Shown piece by piece: positions 29,401 to 35,138 of a stretch of DNA of 64,000 nucleotides (position 1 is its first letter; the number at the start of each line of letters is the position of its first letter). The notes below the pieces were generated by a model. It was not told where the DNA came from and searched no databases. It worked only from the letters and a program-made list of their open reading frames with translations. The stretch is from Phycisphaeraceae bacterium (lineage in GTDB: Bacteria; Planctomycetota; Phycisphaerae; Phycisphaerales; Zrk34). The position numbers were made by a program, and so were the translations under genes. The stretch is taken from assembly GCA_040905565.1 (NCBI GenBank), contig JBBDRF010000005.1, positions 1 through 64,000 of the forward strand. The letters run 5' to 3'.

Positions 29401-32387
29401 CCATCGGCGACGACCTGCCGGGCACGCTGACCTTCACCGACGAGCACGGCGTGGATGTGCAGATCACGCTCGACAACGCGGTGGGCAACATCGTCGTCAG
29501 CGGCGACAACGTCGATATCAACGATACCGGCACGATCATCGAGCTGACCGGCGACGACCTTCGCCTGGATGAGATTGCCCTGACCGACAGCGGCCTCACC
29601 ACCACGCTCGCCATCACGACCAGCGGCAGGGACGCCCGGACGACGGTGGGCGAGATCATCGTTGATGGTTCGCTCGGGACGCTGGATGCCGGCGACGCGG
29701 ACCTGCTGGGCAATGTTGACATCAGCGGTGCCCTCGAATCGCTCACGCTCGGCGATGTGCGCGGCGAGCAGAGCACGATCACGATTGGCTCGGACTTCGC
29801 CGGGATCACCAGCGACCTCACGTTGGACCGCATCAGCGATCTGTCGCTGAGCACCGGGACCGCCATCGATCGCTTTGCCGCGACGGAATGGCGTGATACC
29901 GACAGCACGGCCGATCAACTTCAGGCCCCCACCATGCATCAGCTGCTGATCACCGGCGACCGGCGCAGCGATGTGACCGGCGACTTCGAAGCGGCGATGA
30001 CGCTGACCGATGCGACGACCCCCGCCCTGTGGCAGGCGCGTATTGCCGGCAGCGTGGGCTCGGGCGATGCGAATGCTCCGCTGACATGGCACGCACCCGG
30101 CGAACTCGGGCAGATCACGATCGACGGCGACGCCCACGGCTGGTCGCTGATCGGAGGCGGCGACCTTTCGCGCCTGCTCGTCGGCGAAGTGACGGGCGGC
30201 AGCGTGGCGGTAGCGGGTGAGATCAATCAGATCATGGCTGACGACTGGAACGGTGGCGGCATCGAAGCGGCGGCGCTCAACCAGCTCCGCGTAAGCGGCG
30301 ACCGGATCAGCGGGCTGCCCGGCGACTATCACGCTGATCTGAACATTGCCTCGGAAGACGCGCTGCTGCGAACGGTGCTGGTGGCCGGCGATATCTCCGG
30401 TCACTGGCAGGTGGCGGGCGACATGCTGCGACTTCAGGCGAACGATGCCGATGACTGGACGCTGGATGTCGACGGCGACGTGCGCATCATCTCGCTGAAC
30501 CGCGTCACCGACGCCACGATCAACGGCGACGCGGCGGTCGGCAACATCCGCGTGACCGACTGGCAAGGCGGCGGCATCGAAGCTGGAAGCCTGCGGATGC
30601 TGCAGGTCATGGGCGATCGGCGGGACGGCATCGCGGGCGACTTCGACGGCGACCTGACGCTGACCGACGGCCAGGCAGGGCAGACGCTCGGCAACGTGAT
30701 GATCAACGGCGACATTTCGGGGAGCACGTGGACCCTGGCCGGCGATGTGGGCAATCTGCGGCTGAACGACGTGAACGACTGGTCGCTGGTGGTGACCGGC
30801 GACGGCGAGGTGCGGGGCCTGCAAGTGGACCGCGCCACCAACGCCAACGTTCAGGTTTCCGGCGAACTCGGCAATGTGCGTATGACCGACTGGCAAGGCG
30901 GATCGATTGAAGCGGGAACGCTTCGCGTGCTGCAGGTGCTGGGCGATCGTCGCGAGGACATCGCCGGCGACTTCGGCGTGAACCTGACGCTGAGCGACGA
31001 ACAGGCGGGGCAGTCGCTGAACAACGTGACGATCCGTGGCGATGTTTCGGGAAGCACGTGGACACTGGCGGGCGACGTGGGCAATCTGCGACTCGACGAC
31101 GTAAGCGACTGGTCGCTGGTGGTGAGCGACGGCGGTGAGGTGCGTGGCCTGCAACTTGGCCGGGCGACGAATGTGAGTGTTCAGGTTGCGGGGGCGATGG
31201 GCAATGTCCGCGCGACCGAGTGGCAAGGCGGGTCCATTGAAGCCGACAGCATGCGTCTGCTGCAGGTGAGGGGGGATCGGCGCGACGGCATCGCGGGCGA
31301 CTTCAACGCCGACCTGACATTGCACGACGATCAGACGAACCAGACGATGAACGCGGCCCGCATCAATGGCACGCTCACCTCGGCGACATGGGACATCGCA
31401 GGGGCGGTCGGCACGATCGCGGCCGACGCGGCCATGGACTGGACACTTGAGGCGGCCGGCGAGGTGCGCAGCCTTCAGTTCGGACAGGTGCGCGATGTCG
31501 ACGTCAGCGTCGCCGGCGACCTCGGTACCGTGCGGGCGACGGACTGGCGCGGCGGGTCGATCCAGGCGGAGACGCTCCGCACGCTGCAGACGCTTGGTGA
31601 CAGGCGTGCGGACGTGGCGGGCGACTTCGAGGCCGACCTCACACTCACCGACGCCGAGGCACGCTGGGCACTGAACCGGGTGCAGATCAGCGATACGCTG
31701 CTGGGCGGTAACTGGCAGATCGCCGGTGCGGTCGGGCATCTGCTGACCGGCGCGATCGGGGCGGACGATGACAGCGGGCCGAGGTTCTCGATGACGGCCC
31801 AGGGCGAAACGGCTCAGGTGCGGGCGGACACCATTCGCAATGCCGACCTGACGCTGCATCGCCTTCGGATGCTTAACGTGCAGGGCGACATCGTCAACGC
31901 CAGCGTGACGCTGACCGATGGTGATGATGCGAACGTGCCCGGGCAGGTGTTGGGCAACGCCAACGTTCGCGGCAAGATCGACCAGAGCACGATTCGTTCG
32001 GCGGGTTCGGTCGGCCGATTCTACGCCGACGCCATGCACGAGAGCGATCTGTTCGTCGGGCTGGATCCGCAACAAACGCAGCTTCCCGAAGCCACGGACG
32101 ATGTCGCCTCGGTGTTCGCCGACGCCTCGGCGACGCTGGGCAGCCTTCAGATTCGAGGCAGCGGCAGCGATGACGGACCGACCTTCCGCAACAGTCGTGT
32201 GGCTGCGGGACAGATCGGACAGGCGAACCTTGGGCTGGTGGATCCTTCAAGCGTGGCGCCGGGCGGCATCGCGGGGACGCAGATGGATCGGCTTGACTAT
32301 GAGCGGCCCGACGGCAGCCGTGTCCGCATGTCAGACGTGCAGCCGGGCGATCACGATGATGAGCAATTCATGATCCGCATCCTGTAG
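11430..32387 (+). CDS. Giant (6985 aa) acidic extracellular/surface protein: LEPRxLL N-terminus, PPC domain, five right-handed beta-helix modules, malectin-like, nidogen-like and Ig-like domains, C-terminal repeats
   Basis: Single open frame of 20,958 nt; FETLEPRLLLS at ~11649-11681; repeated YYVND...GDNxNxG and NGGRINLGxxGNT motifs; many N-x-(I/V)-x-x-N beta-helix turns. Confidence 0.9.
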   Translation: MPHSPRPGSLSASNTFGERTRKLIHDKFRPKGKRAQTAGSAYARPAHDRDGAPQRPSGDGLMGYARADAARPVFETLEPRLLLSAMPLAEVIAADDVSDVAMHAEPQAALTQLAESVDAWMDDVLADSALADELPLVGESVLTLIDVGDLISGAIFDTMVGSYEQLNVVQSDQIVDALTDLDGQVRNGLDIALDHGRTFGGLLSSDLLDGVESDQIVFSTGFSADGSIDLDVDLGAEVAALGIVLEGGSGLTATLNFDVELIFGYDLDENLADEERAYLQVSELSADVALNVTDPQLDLRVGFLDAQINNGSLSYAAGIDVTLNDPTNDPLARVTRSDLDLTSPASLFDIAAVGDIDITLPIAASLGDFTPTGTPTLSILSDDPFDVDGLDVSLTDFEDLDPFTYMGAGGMLGVLQHMADVLSTYSDSDLMNHDLPFTPGVGLGDLADVGEALRAYVIDPLVVAEPDPENPDAVIFGQATFLSVQEMVDDLSAVLGVDESALNLVYDPATHELAFDLPLDYTFDPAVVDFGFAIDDLALAEVRSTAQVDVAANVQGGLRVGIEMAPITATLEGSADSPSDGVLSDAAEFAVMLGGLAPLAVRVERDETNASLNDLADDFNAAFAGVDLALELGNDDYAGLTLADMIEAKVEGNRLQLVTNARMAPAFVRLDIDATDPMITELHFEDGQMASDSITRRAFIEDASFEANVSLTASEVDLYGRFGFVDVDINDASASLTASVDYALANPDDGTPGGRITMPRMLEALRDDPNALVTGDGFSGTAQAHLPIQVQVGDLFGDDHPADPYIDLYWDDLSVLDPQMLGGPSLTYNDMDRLLDFENVSYGDLLGGLSDLATFLTDDLAGFSFLDADLPLINRSVSDLLEFGADFAQQIEAMQSDPERAAGTLGRVADALAEGLGIDPSLTETTLEEGMVRFDLEHRTDLADLAMDVDLDLEALFDTLPPELAGLSDLVSTTLEGEFTLDAHAVLTIGIGFDLSDPADPKLVIFDDTGFDLAVKAEGQNLDFMAGLGPLGLYVENGTLMLGDPADPDGYARIGVGIDPTAEGYYELDSLLGSLFDPSGPFDLSFTGEATATLPMFFPTRTNPLLDESETPGSNEFELIVADLANPIDSTTVTTPDLSSLLSEMSLLDNLQLLVEGVSWLMDDLAHGVSGEFAAGLPLIGDHLSTASEFVGDMRDKMIDALDRLDEVDQRSAEWVGDLIYDAIGPAGLGFATDRSQIVETVTADEILFELNLSVVDYALSSDLGFDVAIPGLDLDLDAEPTLALDFALDLAFGLNIDNGFFVETDGRGLSASADVTLPGASLNGRLAVLNLAVDDAGSFLSAAFDVDLTGGQSGRLSWDELTGDNGLGFATTITGDAELALDVVAGFTGAAAFPSLHTDIRVAWNGDLTTLPEVHFQDVQIDAGEFFSDFIGPILEKVRDVIDPLDPVIDALTYELPAVGATLLDLAALHGSVNGEFIEAIIDVVGPGGLVESIPEFDYEEMDEEEIAALLIPLGSFVVGDDGNGFGIISEDGVADLEGAFAGVSDDAGTFVEDSGQVRGGGFEIPLLSDPSMAFELLMGGDVALFGFDVPELSFDFSFSLPFGPFMAGPVPVRVELSGQVEGGLNLAFGYDTRGLRQFQESGDAASILNGFYVSDTGNVAGTGEDVTEAWLGGRLSASAAIDAVIASAGVRGGLGATVEADLRSQQDRSLVYLDELVGSAQHGLLCAFDISGSLDFFLEVFAEVAGSEVTRNVADIELVSFDLAGEHCFPGRFENNDTMEEAAHLGTGPGIHVSGDSIADSGDQDWYSFDLHNPDSLDVLLEFDSSRGHLNMDIYDENGERIARSRSSTDDEHIVLGEEEFIDAGRYFVHVYGEGFGNPYDLAITPGPTSETTVYYMKGQDFPAFTDEEAIPDDFDPVRHSYYTTADGASGNDGLSADSPLNNFSTLTSMYDIGDGDIVVFDTGSYSFDVTVTEAMSGVIFAGIPHDDYRYHVSYSTGPNIRESQIGDVTIDGADNVIIDSLAIEALSIEGAANNNLILNSIITGGPDPDAAALQFHANAEGADSAGNVVRDSEISGHRAVQIDSAGGQVLHDNVIKGAVLSIADLDPEWGVRVTDGGVAHLYDNVIEGVTERLVQPPLANAVDDATTRPAGVIVDAGADVQMHDNVIAGNTIGIRNEAVVHAIHNNEIRENVVGMAGHGLLGVDNVADANMLFDNAVGILLDVNAADVTVRYNTLFENNVGIRSVGDAVNHIYGNEVRDNAIGIQGGAVVGYEDWSEPNLIHGNSVGIALAAGGEVRFNRVYNNVTGIRASDEADGGHIHHNLVYRGEARDANDADPVGIELVNVENTQIENNTVYLPDGDAVRLSGSATQTTLRNNILWTGTGYALNVANAATFGLDSDHNNLYRTPGAGGLLVHFLKDFGDLYDWQVEAGQDVRSIGYTGPAPDRDDPLFLHLSAEADVDYDFRLSDVDSTSIAAGDPADDASLEPGFNGGRVNLGAYGNTAQAAEASQQLLRLTYPEFHVDWSYAEGRQIAWYSDGLTGDVTFELLKDDDGTLVGSAVTEDVATGELLWSPQQITSDISEIDHDAAYRIRATHADSGVVVESRETFYIPAPGNTYYVNDGDTTDTEYTTTEGDNRNHGRSADAPKASIVALLRMYDLGVGDTVHIDTGEYVVVTNVAVGAGLGLGDDQAVHVTGPTAADRHAVLDRVLTAEGTAVVEVAAGDAITVDHLQLRHGEHGLRVHGGTEGFEANDLHVSRSGDHGVQIALGSDGVALSGLTIRNVGGHGIDAAADDLLVSGADIRGADETGINLTGMNGTVQSSTIAANETGIEAFGDGGHLIGSEDLDAGLGNIIFENANGGIMADDSLVAGNHVHSHGGYTPAIRLYGDARATLNVVHHNRTGIQATSSGTTVDHNRVYANIDVGIRGGGNTNIHHNVVYSNDYGIRAEGPHNFGGGVSGDIAHNIIYDNASAGLFLDRADTDDPTPVFNNTFYELEGRAVQLGPDGAGVALRNNIFVTDTGTAIYLQSGSETGLTSDHNLFDIRGSGAVGFWQGSARNDYLAWRNASFQDANSIAAAPLFVSVSTDPSQIGYIDEQQDGRDDDFHVRSQSGSYHGGTLTPVIDAATGLPVQLDATLTMDAAHSPAINRGDDSDDNSNEPTPNGGYINLGAYGNTEQASESLDEYLLLMRPDGGESWPQEQTFTIDWRSHDTASNISIELLDDQDNVVHTIADNIADAGSHDWTVTDAVDTGEYVLRVTRHDVGISVTTSDVITITDPVTQYFVNDRSTTNDAYTTAIGDNANDGTSAATPMASIRAVIETYNLGAGDEILVDVGNYDVSNNVVLAAAESGIIIRGVYDPDDLAASTVLNRNSTASGSYVFEFDGASDVTIESLAIMGADSGIFADEFVGSTDVTISNVLFSGHGSSGITIDEDNDGWLIEASTFDGQNNNTQAIEAIAADNTVIRGNEMFGHDSRVIQVWASSSTSSFVSDTVTGTVIEQNTIYDNDDDGISTRHHIEGIIRENTVNRNRQGIIARGDNVLVENNIVHDNEFMGIEARDGEGLVIGNEVSGSSIGIYASDQGRIENNIVYGTSQEGIRGIHTVEIVNNRVFDSEIGIEATHFVQVVGNQVYSNTHGIMAGSSNGTSRFRGDIVNNLVYLNSQSEIYLNGWNESPLVANNTIYTEGRGIHLDGEVEDADLRNNIIQAVGQGTALVVDAESQVGFTSDYNLFDLVGDDASLANWGGTIFDSRADWFFEIGHDAHSNIDDPNFADPAGTDGVLGYDSATQTDYGIDDDFSLLSGSPGIDMGDPTFAFDNELSFNGGRINLGHHGNTEQATTSAAASLLQVLSPRGLEKWAVGETVQIDWRTHGLDEAGLVTIELIDADTGSVTATVAEDAANSGSFDWVIDTALQEDREYRLRITSDQGAGVWDESRDFLLVNDGRVFYVNDDSTDNVTWVTAAGDNTNSGKSVDNPMRSLAALMSAYDLQDGDTVYVDSGHYALNRNVIIDAGVAIVGVDAAGPGETVIDRANTAMGSYAFELDGATGASFESLTIVSGDHGIHADRDAADSIGVTITDNLFYDYGEAGVFIGIGNDDWLIEKSTFDGRSGNAYGININASGTTIRDVEMFDHDYGYSIRVGEAFNASAEGIVIEDSLIYDQLNSAGMYLDGSNMIVRNNVIHSTGLGIQATTSDVLIEGNTLYNQSGTGISADVGPNIVNNIVYGSGGNGISGGALVQGNVVYQNAGAGIFHQRGGEIIGNRVFANDEAGIEVSSRFGHSRIEGNQVYSNEHGIIASTSRDIIGNLVYDNAQGSLRIEDKSNPSTVANNTIISDAEGVRVRNGATNIDFRNNIVQVTDAAALSVTPDSQAGFSSDFNLFDVLGETGTLAEWGDVVFTDRVDWHYEIGHDAQSHFADPMFAGPAGADGVLGYDHSTQTDYGVDDDFSLLADSLGIAAGDPSFGIGNEPHANGGRINLGHHGNTAEATAADDPLISFFNLSDLTKLEQGEAFDVSFVAAGYRQEVAAYWFNIGNDTHAPWDALAPETGYSRTTGGTIDLSMVDNAAPESIYQSYYETNEGDGHEMDFAWSLQEGEYRLRLHFADTSATWSTSRFDVQINGETVIEDLDVTEAVGGNYTAYIEELGLEMTEAGEVDLRLISREGRAHIAGIEVIRVNPDGLVAPTFTVESTLDDGNSWQVVETGVGIDSQQIGSVTWTPDAATAGRDARVRITAEDGAAQTATSDAFLVANDGNTYYINDDATDNDEWVTAIGDNLNSGKSADSPMASLAALMSVYDLQDGDTIYADAGDYLLPRNVVIESGVHIIGVEPDENGENGTVFDRNNHATDSYVFELHGAHGATFEGLGIVSGEYGIISMEDNPSTNVQVLGGWFYDQSDYGIEIEADSNNWLIEGATFDGNNQSQRAGIYVLNANDVVLRNNHIFEQDQYGISLFGSGKRAIIEDNVVHDIDGSGIQHNADVDAVFRNNEVYASELGIRAGANALIEDNLVYDNIDEGIAAADDALVINNVAHGNRWGILAADGVNVENNVSYLNSERGIYHQGVYYGESGHVVDNRVFGNQGEGIATRYDVDVRRNQVYTNQHGIAVSGSSSFPFSGEISNNVVYDNLDSGISVAHVDEAAVLNNTVYQPVGVGVRLTEEATDFQLRNNIIWVDLGTALRVDSDTQPTFDSDYNLFWTGDVDPDGVDAVLWGTTELATLSDWQTATGQDLSSFDADPLFVDIDGPDDVLGFNEIVDQQLVDGGADDNFQLLPDSPGIDRGDTYLGTLDDYHGRSRHDDPGTPNGGSRIFNESLGGTGNFTEVGELFSTSSPEYYELPFAFEYYGQEFETLRMNRHGVLQFDSSRSDLLGVDPTAENLHNALRIAPFWAEMSTYSSEHDGVGIFIEEGTDFVTFRWRAVADADDGIVNFSVTLHEDGRIDFDYGEITSDVVPVIGLGGDHPERVQFAAHHGSSNVSHAESIRYDFVPGFADIGAFEFVGSSDDDTPPTVVGTTPAGIAAGAANDGIESFTLHFSEALDPISAEAPASYELLVGDGNGGFDGAIDLTPSYQLGDTEVLLEIDGEPLEEGVYQLTVSADAIRNESGLRLDGDSSGAAGGDYVAEFAIADAPSAALTVSDLLAAGVVEHTFTIDYAAAAGLDLSTIENNDTAIRVTGPDGFDQTAEFVEMTGDAQSASVTYQLTAPGATWTGDDTGTYTIAILEDQVFDTGGVAVPVGPLGTFEVDIDGVAPEAALTVDPITTGFGTDHTFTITYSDDRELDLTSIEDNDAAVRVTGPSDFDQLAEFVSVDVTGGEAVATYRITAPDGQWLTADNGTYSIAVEDEQVFDAAANVLDVGTLGSFAVDVNTASPEVAVAVSNLREVDQDHHAFTITYTDNLALDLATLENNDTAIRVTGPNDYDQFASFVSMTGDTDSATVTYHITPPDDLLWSEADNGTYAIAMEPGAVADVDGNAVAAGPLAEFDVRIGLGTELAIGDDLPGTLTFTDEHGVDVQITLDNAVGNIVVSGDNVDINDTGTIIELTGDDLRLDEIALTDSGLTTTLAITTSGRDARTTVGEIIVDGSLGTLDAGDADLLGNVDISGALESLTLGDVRGEQSTITIGSDFAGITSDLTLDRISDLSLSTGTAIDRFAATEWRDTDSTADQLQAPTMHQLLITGDRRSDVTGDFEAAMTLTDATTPALWQARIAGSVGSGDANAPLTWHAPGELGQITIDGDAHGWSLIGGGDLSRLLVGEVTGGSVAVAGEINQIMADDWNGGGIEAAALNQLRVSGDRISGLPGDYHADLNIASEDALLRTVLVAGDISGHWQVAGDMLRLQANDADDWTLDVDGDVRIISLNRVTDATINGDAAVGNIRVTDWQGGGIEAGSLRMLQVMGDRRDGIAGDFDGDLTLTDGQAGQTLGNVMINGDISGSTWTLAGDVGNLRLNDVNDWSLVVTGDGEVRGLQVDRATNANVQVSGELGNVRMTDWQGGSIEAGTLRVLQVLGDRREDIAGDFGVNLTLSDEQAGQSLNNVTIRGDVSGSTWTLAGDVGNLRLDDVSDWSLVVSDGGEVRGLQLGRATNVSVQVAGAMGNVRATEWQGGSIEADSMRLLQVRGDRRDGIAGDFNADLTLHDDQTNQTMNAARINGTLTSATWDIAGAVGTIAADAAMDWTLEAAGEVRSLQFGQVRDVDVSVAGDLGTVRATDWRGGSIQAETLRTLQTLGDRRADVAGDFEADLTLTDAEARWALNRVQISDTLLGGNWQIAGAVGHLLTGAIGADDDSGPRFSMTAQGETAQVRADTIRNADLTLHRLRMLNVQGDIVNASVTLTDGDDANVPGQVLGNANVRGKIDQSTIRSAGSVGRFYADAMHESDLFVGLDPQQTQLPEATDDVASVFADASATLGSLQIRGSGSDDGPTFRNSRVAAGQIGQANLGLVDPSSVAPGGIAGTQMDRLDYERPDGSRVRMSDVQPGDHDDEQFMIRIL
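28310..29390 (+). repeat. Three tandem ~120-aa Ig-like repeats within the giant CDS
   Basis: FTI.Y...LDL..IE.ND.A.RVTGP..FDQ.A.FV...TY.ITAP...W...D.GTY.IA occurs three times. Confidence 0.85.
29880..31720 (+). repeat. About six tandem ~105-119-aa repeats (330-nt core period) within the giant CDS
   Basis: (D/E)W.GG.I.A..L..LQV.GDRR..IAGDF motif at ~30243, 30558, 30888, 31218 and 31542, plus a degenerate copy at ~29886. Confidence 0.88.
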
Positions 32388-32520
32388 GGCCGGGTGGGTG
32401 ACACCGCTCAAAGACGGCGGGTATCGCCTATCGTCGCCCCCCTCCCCCTGCCTCTTCCGCACGGGAGAGGGGTCTTTGCTGCCAGACGGCAAAAAATACG
32501 AAGTTTGATGCTTATATCAC

Positions 32521-32580
32521 TTGCAACGGCCTCGGCGGGCCTGTATCTTTCGTGCTCTCCGATTCTGAGACTCAGTCGCA
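32521..32580 (+). promoter_or_regulatory. Candidate sigma70 promoter with a downstream Fur-like 7-1-7 operator
   Basis: TTGCAA(32521)-N17-TATCTT(32544); TGAGACT-C-AGTCGCA (32566-32580) is a 7-1-7 palindrome with one mismatch, upstream of a TonB-receptor operon. Confidence 0.55.
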
Positions 32581-32703
32581 GGCGCGACCAGGGAGGCAGA
32601 TCGGCGTAACGGGGGACAGTGTCGCGGTTGTGCGAAGAGCGGTTCTTCACTTGCCGACGGCGCGGGTCCAGGGGTCGAAATCGGCCCGTGTTTGGAGTGC
32701 ATC

Positions 32704-35100
32704 ATGACTTTGGCGATTTCAAGATCAGAACGTATCCGGCGGTCCGGGCGTCTGAGTTTGCTCGGCGTGTTGGGCTTGGGATTGGTGGCTGTGTCCGCTA
32801 CGGCGCAGGAGCAGGACGAGCAGGCGAATCAACCCGCCGATCCCCCCGCGCCCGTTACCGCTGAGCAGGAAGCAACGGACGCCCCGCCCACCGACCCCGC
32901 CGCTTCGCCTGAGCGCACGACGGGGCTGATGGATATTACCGTGATCGGATCGCGCGAGCAGGTGCGTGATCTGCCGGGCTCGGGATATTTTCTTGAGACC
33001 GAGGACATCCGCACGCAGAGTTATGACGACATCAACCGGATCCTCCGGCGTGTGCCGGGCGTTTATGTTCGCGAGGAAGACGGCTACGGCCTGTTCCCCA
33101 ACATCAGCATTCGTGGCACCGACTCCGGCCGCTCCGCCAAGCTCACCATCATGGAAGACGGCGTCCTCCTTGCCCCCGCGCCCTACTCAGCGCCCGCCGT
33201 CTACAACAACGTCTCCAGCGGCCGCATGAGCGGCATCGAAGTGCTCAAGGGTTCAAGCCAGGTCCAATACGGCCCCCACGTCACAGGCGGCGTGCTCAAC
33301 TACATCGCCACGCCCATCCCCACCGAGCGCACCGGCTACCTCAAAACGCTGTACGGCACCAACAACGACATCCGCGTGCATGGCTACTTCGGCGACGTTA
33401 TCGATACTGAACATTACGGCACGTTCTCCTTCCTGCTTGAAGGCTACTTCCGCGGGACCGACGGCTTTAAGACGATCGACACCACGCCCGATTTCCGTGA
33501 CGGCGATCAAACGGGCTTCACCAACGTGGAGCCGATGCTGAAGATCGCCTGGGAGCCGCCTACCGACATCTACCATCGCTTCGAAGCCAAGGTCGGCTAC
33601 ACCGATCGCAATGCTGACGAAACCTACCTCGGCCTCTCGACTGAAGACTTCCGCCGCGACCCCTTCCGCCGCTACAGCGCTTCGCGGTTCGACAACATCG
33701 AAGCCGAGGCATGGCGCACGCACGTGCGGCACTACATGGAGCCCACGGAAAACCTCGATTTTACCTCGACGATCTACTACAACCAGTTCCAGCGCAACTG
33801 GTACAAGCTCGCCGACCTGGAGAACGTCGAGCTCGACAACAACACCACCACGGGTATGAGCCTCTCGGCTGCGCTTGCCGGTGCCGAAGGTGGCCAGGGC
33901 CTTGAAGCCTTGAAGGGGCAGCGTCGCACGCAGTTCGACGTCCGCGCCAACAACCGCGAGTACTACAGCTGGGGTGCTGAGACGGTCGGCCGTCACCGCT
34001 TCGACACCGAGGGCGCCGATCACGAACTCACTTTCGGCCTTCGCTACCACTACGATCAGGTCCGCCGCTTCCAGCATGAGGATCGGTATCAGCAGGAAGC
34101 CAACGGCACCATCAGCGATGTGACGGAAGGCGCCCCCGGTTCGCAGGCTCACCGCCGACAGGAGACCGACGCCCTCGCATTCTTCGTGCAGGATGAGATC
34201 GACTTCGGCCGCCTCACCCTCACGCCCGGCGCGCGCTTCGAACACCTGTGGCAGGAGTACCGCGACTACAACAGCGGCGACTCGGGCACGGGAACCCTCG
34301 CCCTCCTCGGCGGCGGCATGGGTGCCACGTATGACCTCGACGAGCAGTGGCAGCTCTTCGGCGGCGTCCACCGCGGCTTCTCTCCGCCGGGGCCACGGGC
34401 GGCCATCCGCGGCGGCCTCGATGAAGAGACCAGCATCGCCAGCGAACTCGGCCTCCGCTATGAAACCCCCAACCAGGCCTTCCGCGGTGAAGTTGCCGGC
34501 TTCTATACCCGCTTTGACGACCTGATCGCCATCGGCTTCGTCGGCACCGGCACCCCGCTGGGCGACCCCGAGAACGTCGGCAAGGTTGATAGCTACGGTG
34601 CAGAGCTCTCGTTCGAATACGACCCCGGCATCGACTACAACTGGGGCTTCAAAAACCCCTGGCATGCAGCCGTCACCTACACCCGCGCCGAACTCGCCTC
34701 CGACGCCACCTCCGACGATGCCGGTTCCATGTTCGCCGGTGGTCGCAAGGGCAACCGCGTCCCCTACATCCCCGAATGGACCATCGGCTTCGGCACCGGC
34801 GTCGAAACCGATCAGTGGGGCATCTTCCTCAACGCCTTCTGGGTCGACGAGATGTTCACGACCGCCAGTAACACACGCCAGCAGGAAGACGTAGACGGCA
34901 ACCCTGATGCTCGCTTCGGCACCACCGACAGCCACATCGTCGTCGACCTCGCCGCCCACTACAATCTCACCGAGAACGCCAAGCTGCTCGGCGGCGTACA
35001 CAACATCTTCAATGAAGAATACATTGCCTCACGGCATCCCCACGGGCCCCGCCCCGGGCAGGAACGCTTCCTTTATCTCGGGATGGAGGTCAACTTCTGA
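32704..35100 (+). CDS. TonB-dependent receptor (FecA-like family)
   Basis: Sec signal peptide; TonB box-like DITVIG; plug motifs LRRVPGVYVREEDGYGLFPNISIRG and IEVLKG; terminal NIFNEEY...PGQERFLYLGMEVNF with C-terminal Phe. Confidence 0.93.
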   Translation: MTLAISRSERIRRSGRLSLLGVLGLGLVAVSATAQEQDEQANQPADPPAPVTAEQEATDAPPTDPAASPERTTGLMDITVIGSREQVRDLPGSGYFLETEDIRTQSYDDINRILRRVPGVYVREEDGYGLFPNISIRGTDSGRSAKLTIMEDGVLLAPAPYSAPAVYNNVSSGRMSGIEVLKGSSQVQYGPHVTGGVLNYIATPIPTERTGYLKTLYGTNNDIRVHGYFGDVIDTEHYGTFSFLLEGYFRGTDGFKTIDTTPDFRDGDQTGFTNVEPMLKIAWEPPTDIYHRFEAKVGYTDRNADETYLGLSTEDFRRDPFRRYSASRFDNIEAEAWRTHVRHYMEPTENLDFTSTIYYNQFQRNWYKLADLENVELDNNTTTGMSLSAALAGAEGGQGLEALKGQRRTQFDVRANNREYYSWGAETVGRHRFDTEGADHELTFGLRYHYDQVRRFQHEDRYQQEANGTISDVTEGAPGSQAHRRQETDALAFFVQDEIDFGRLTLTPGARFEHLWQEYRDYNSGDSGTGTLALLGGGMGATYDLDEQWQLFGGVHRGFSPPGPRAAIRGGLDEETSIASELGLRYETPNQAFRGEVAGFYTRFDDLIAIGFVGTGTPLGDPENVGKVDSYGAELSFEYDPGIDYNWGFKNPWHAAVTYTRAELASDATSDDAGSMFAGGRKGNRVPYIPEWTIGFGTGVETDQWGIFLNAFWVDEMFTTASNTRQQEDVDGNPDARFGTTDSHIVVDLAAHYNLTENAKLLGGVHNIFNEEYIASRHPHGPRPGQERFLYLGMEVNF

Positions 35101-35138
35101 CCTGGCCTGACTCTGATTTTCAGCGAAAGATCGCACGC

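Noticed and set aside
28310..31720. Possible CRISPR array or DGR template/variable repeat pair among the direct repeats
   Set aside because: The repeats are in-frame protein repeats of 105-120 aa with differences not confined to adenines; no cas or reverse transcriptase gene is in the window.
15501..32075. Very long minus-strand ORFs inside the giant gene (e.g. 27558..32075, 1505 aa)
   Set aside because: In-register antisense shadows of a stop-poor, Asp/Gly-rich gene; no independent domain signal.
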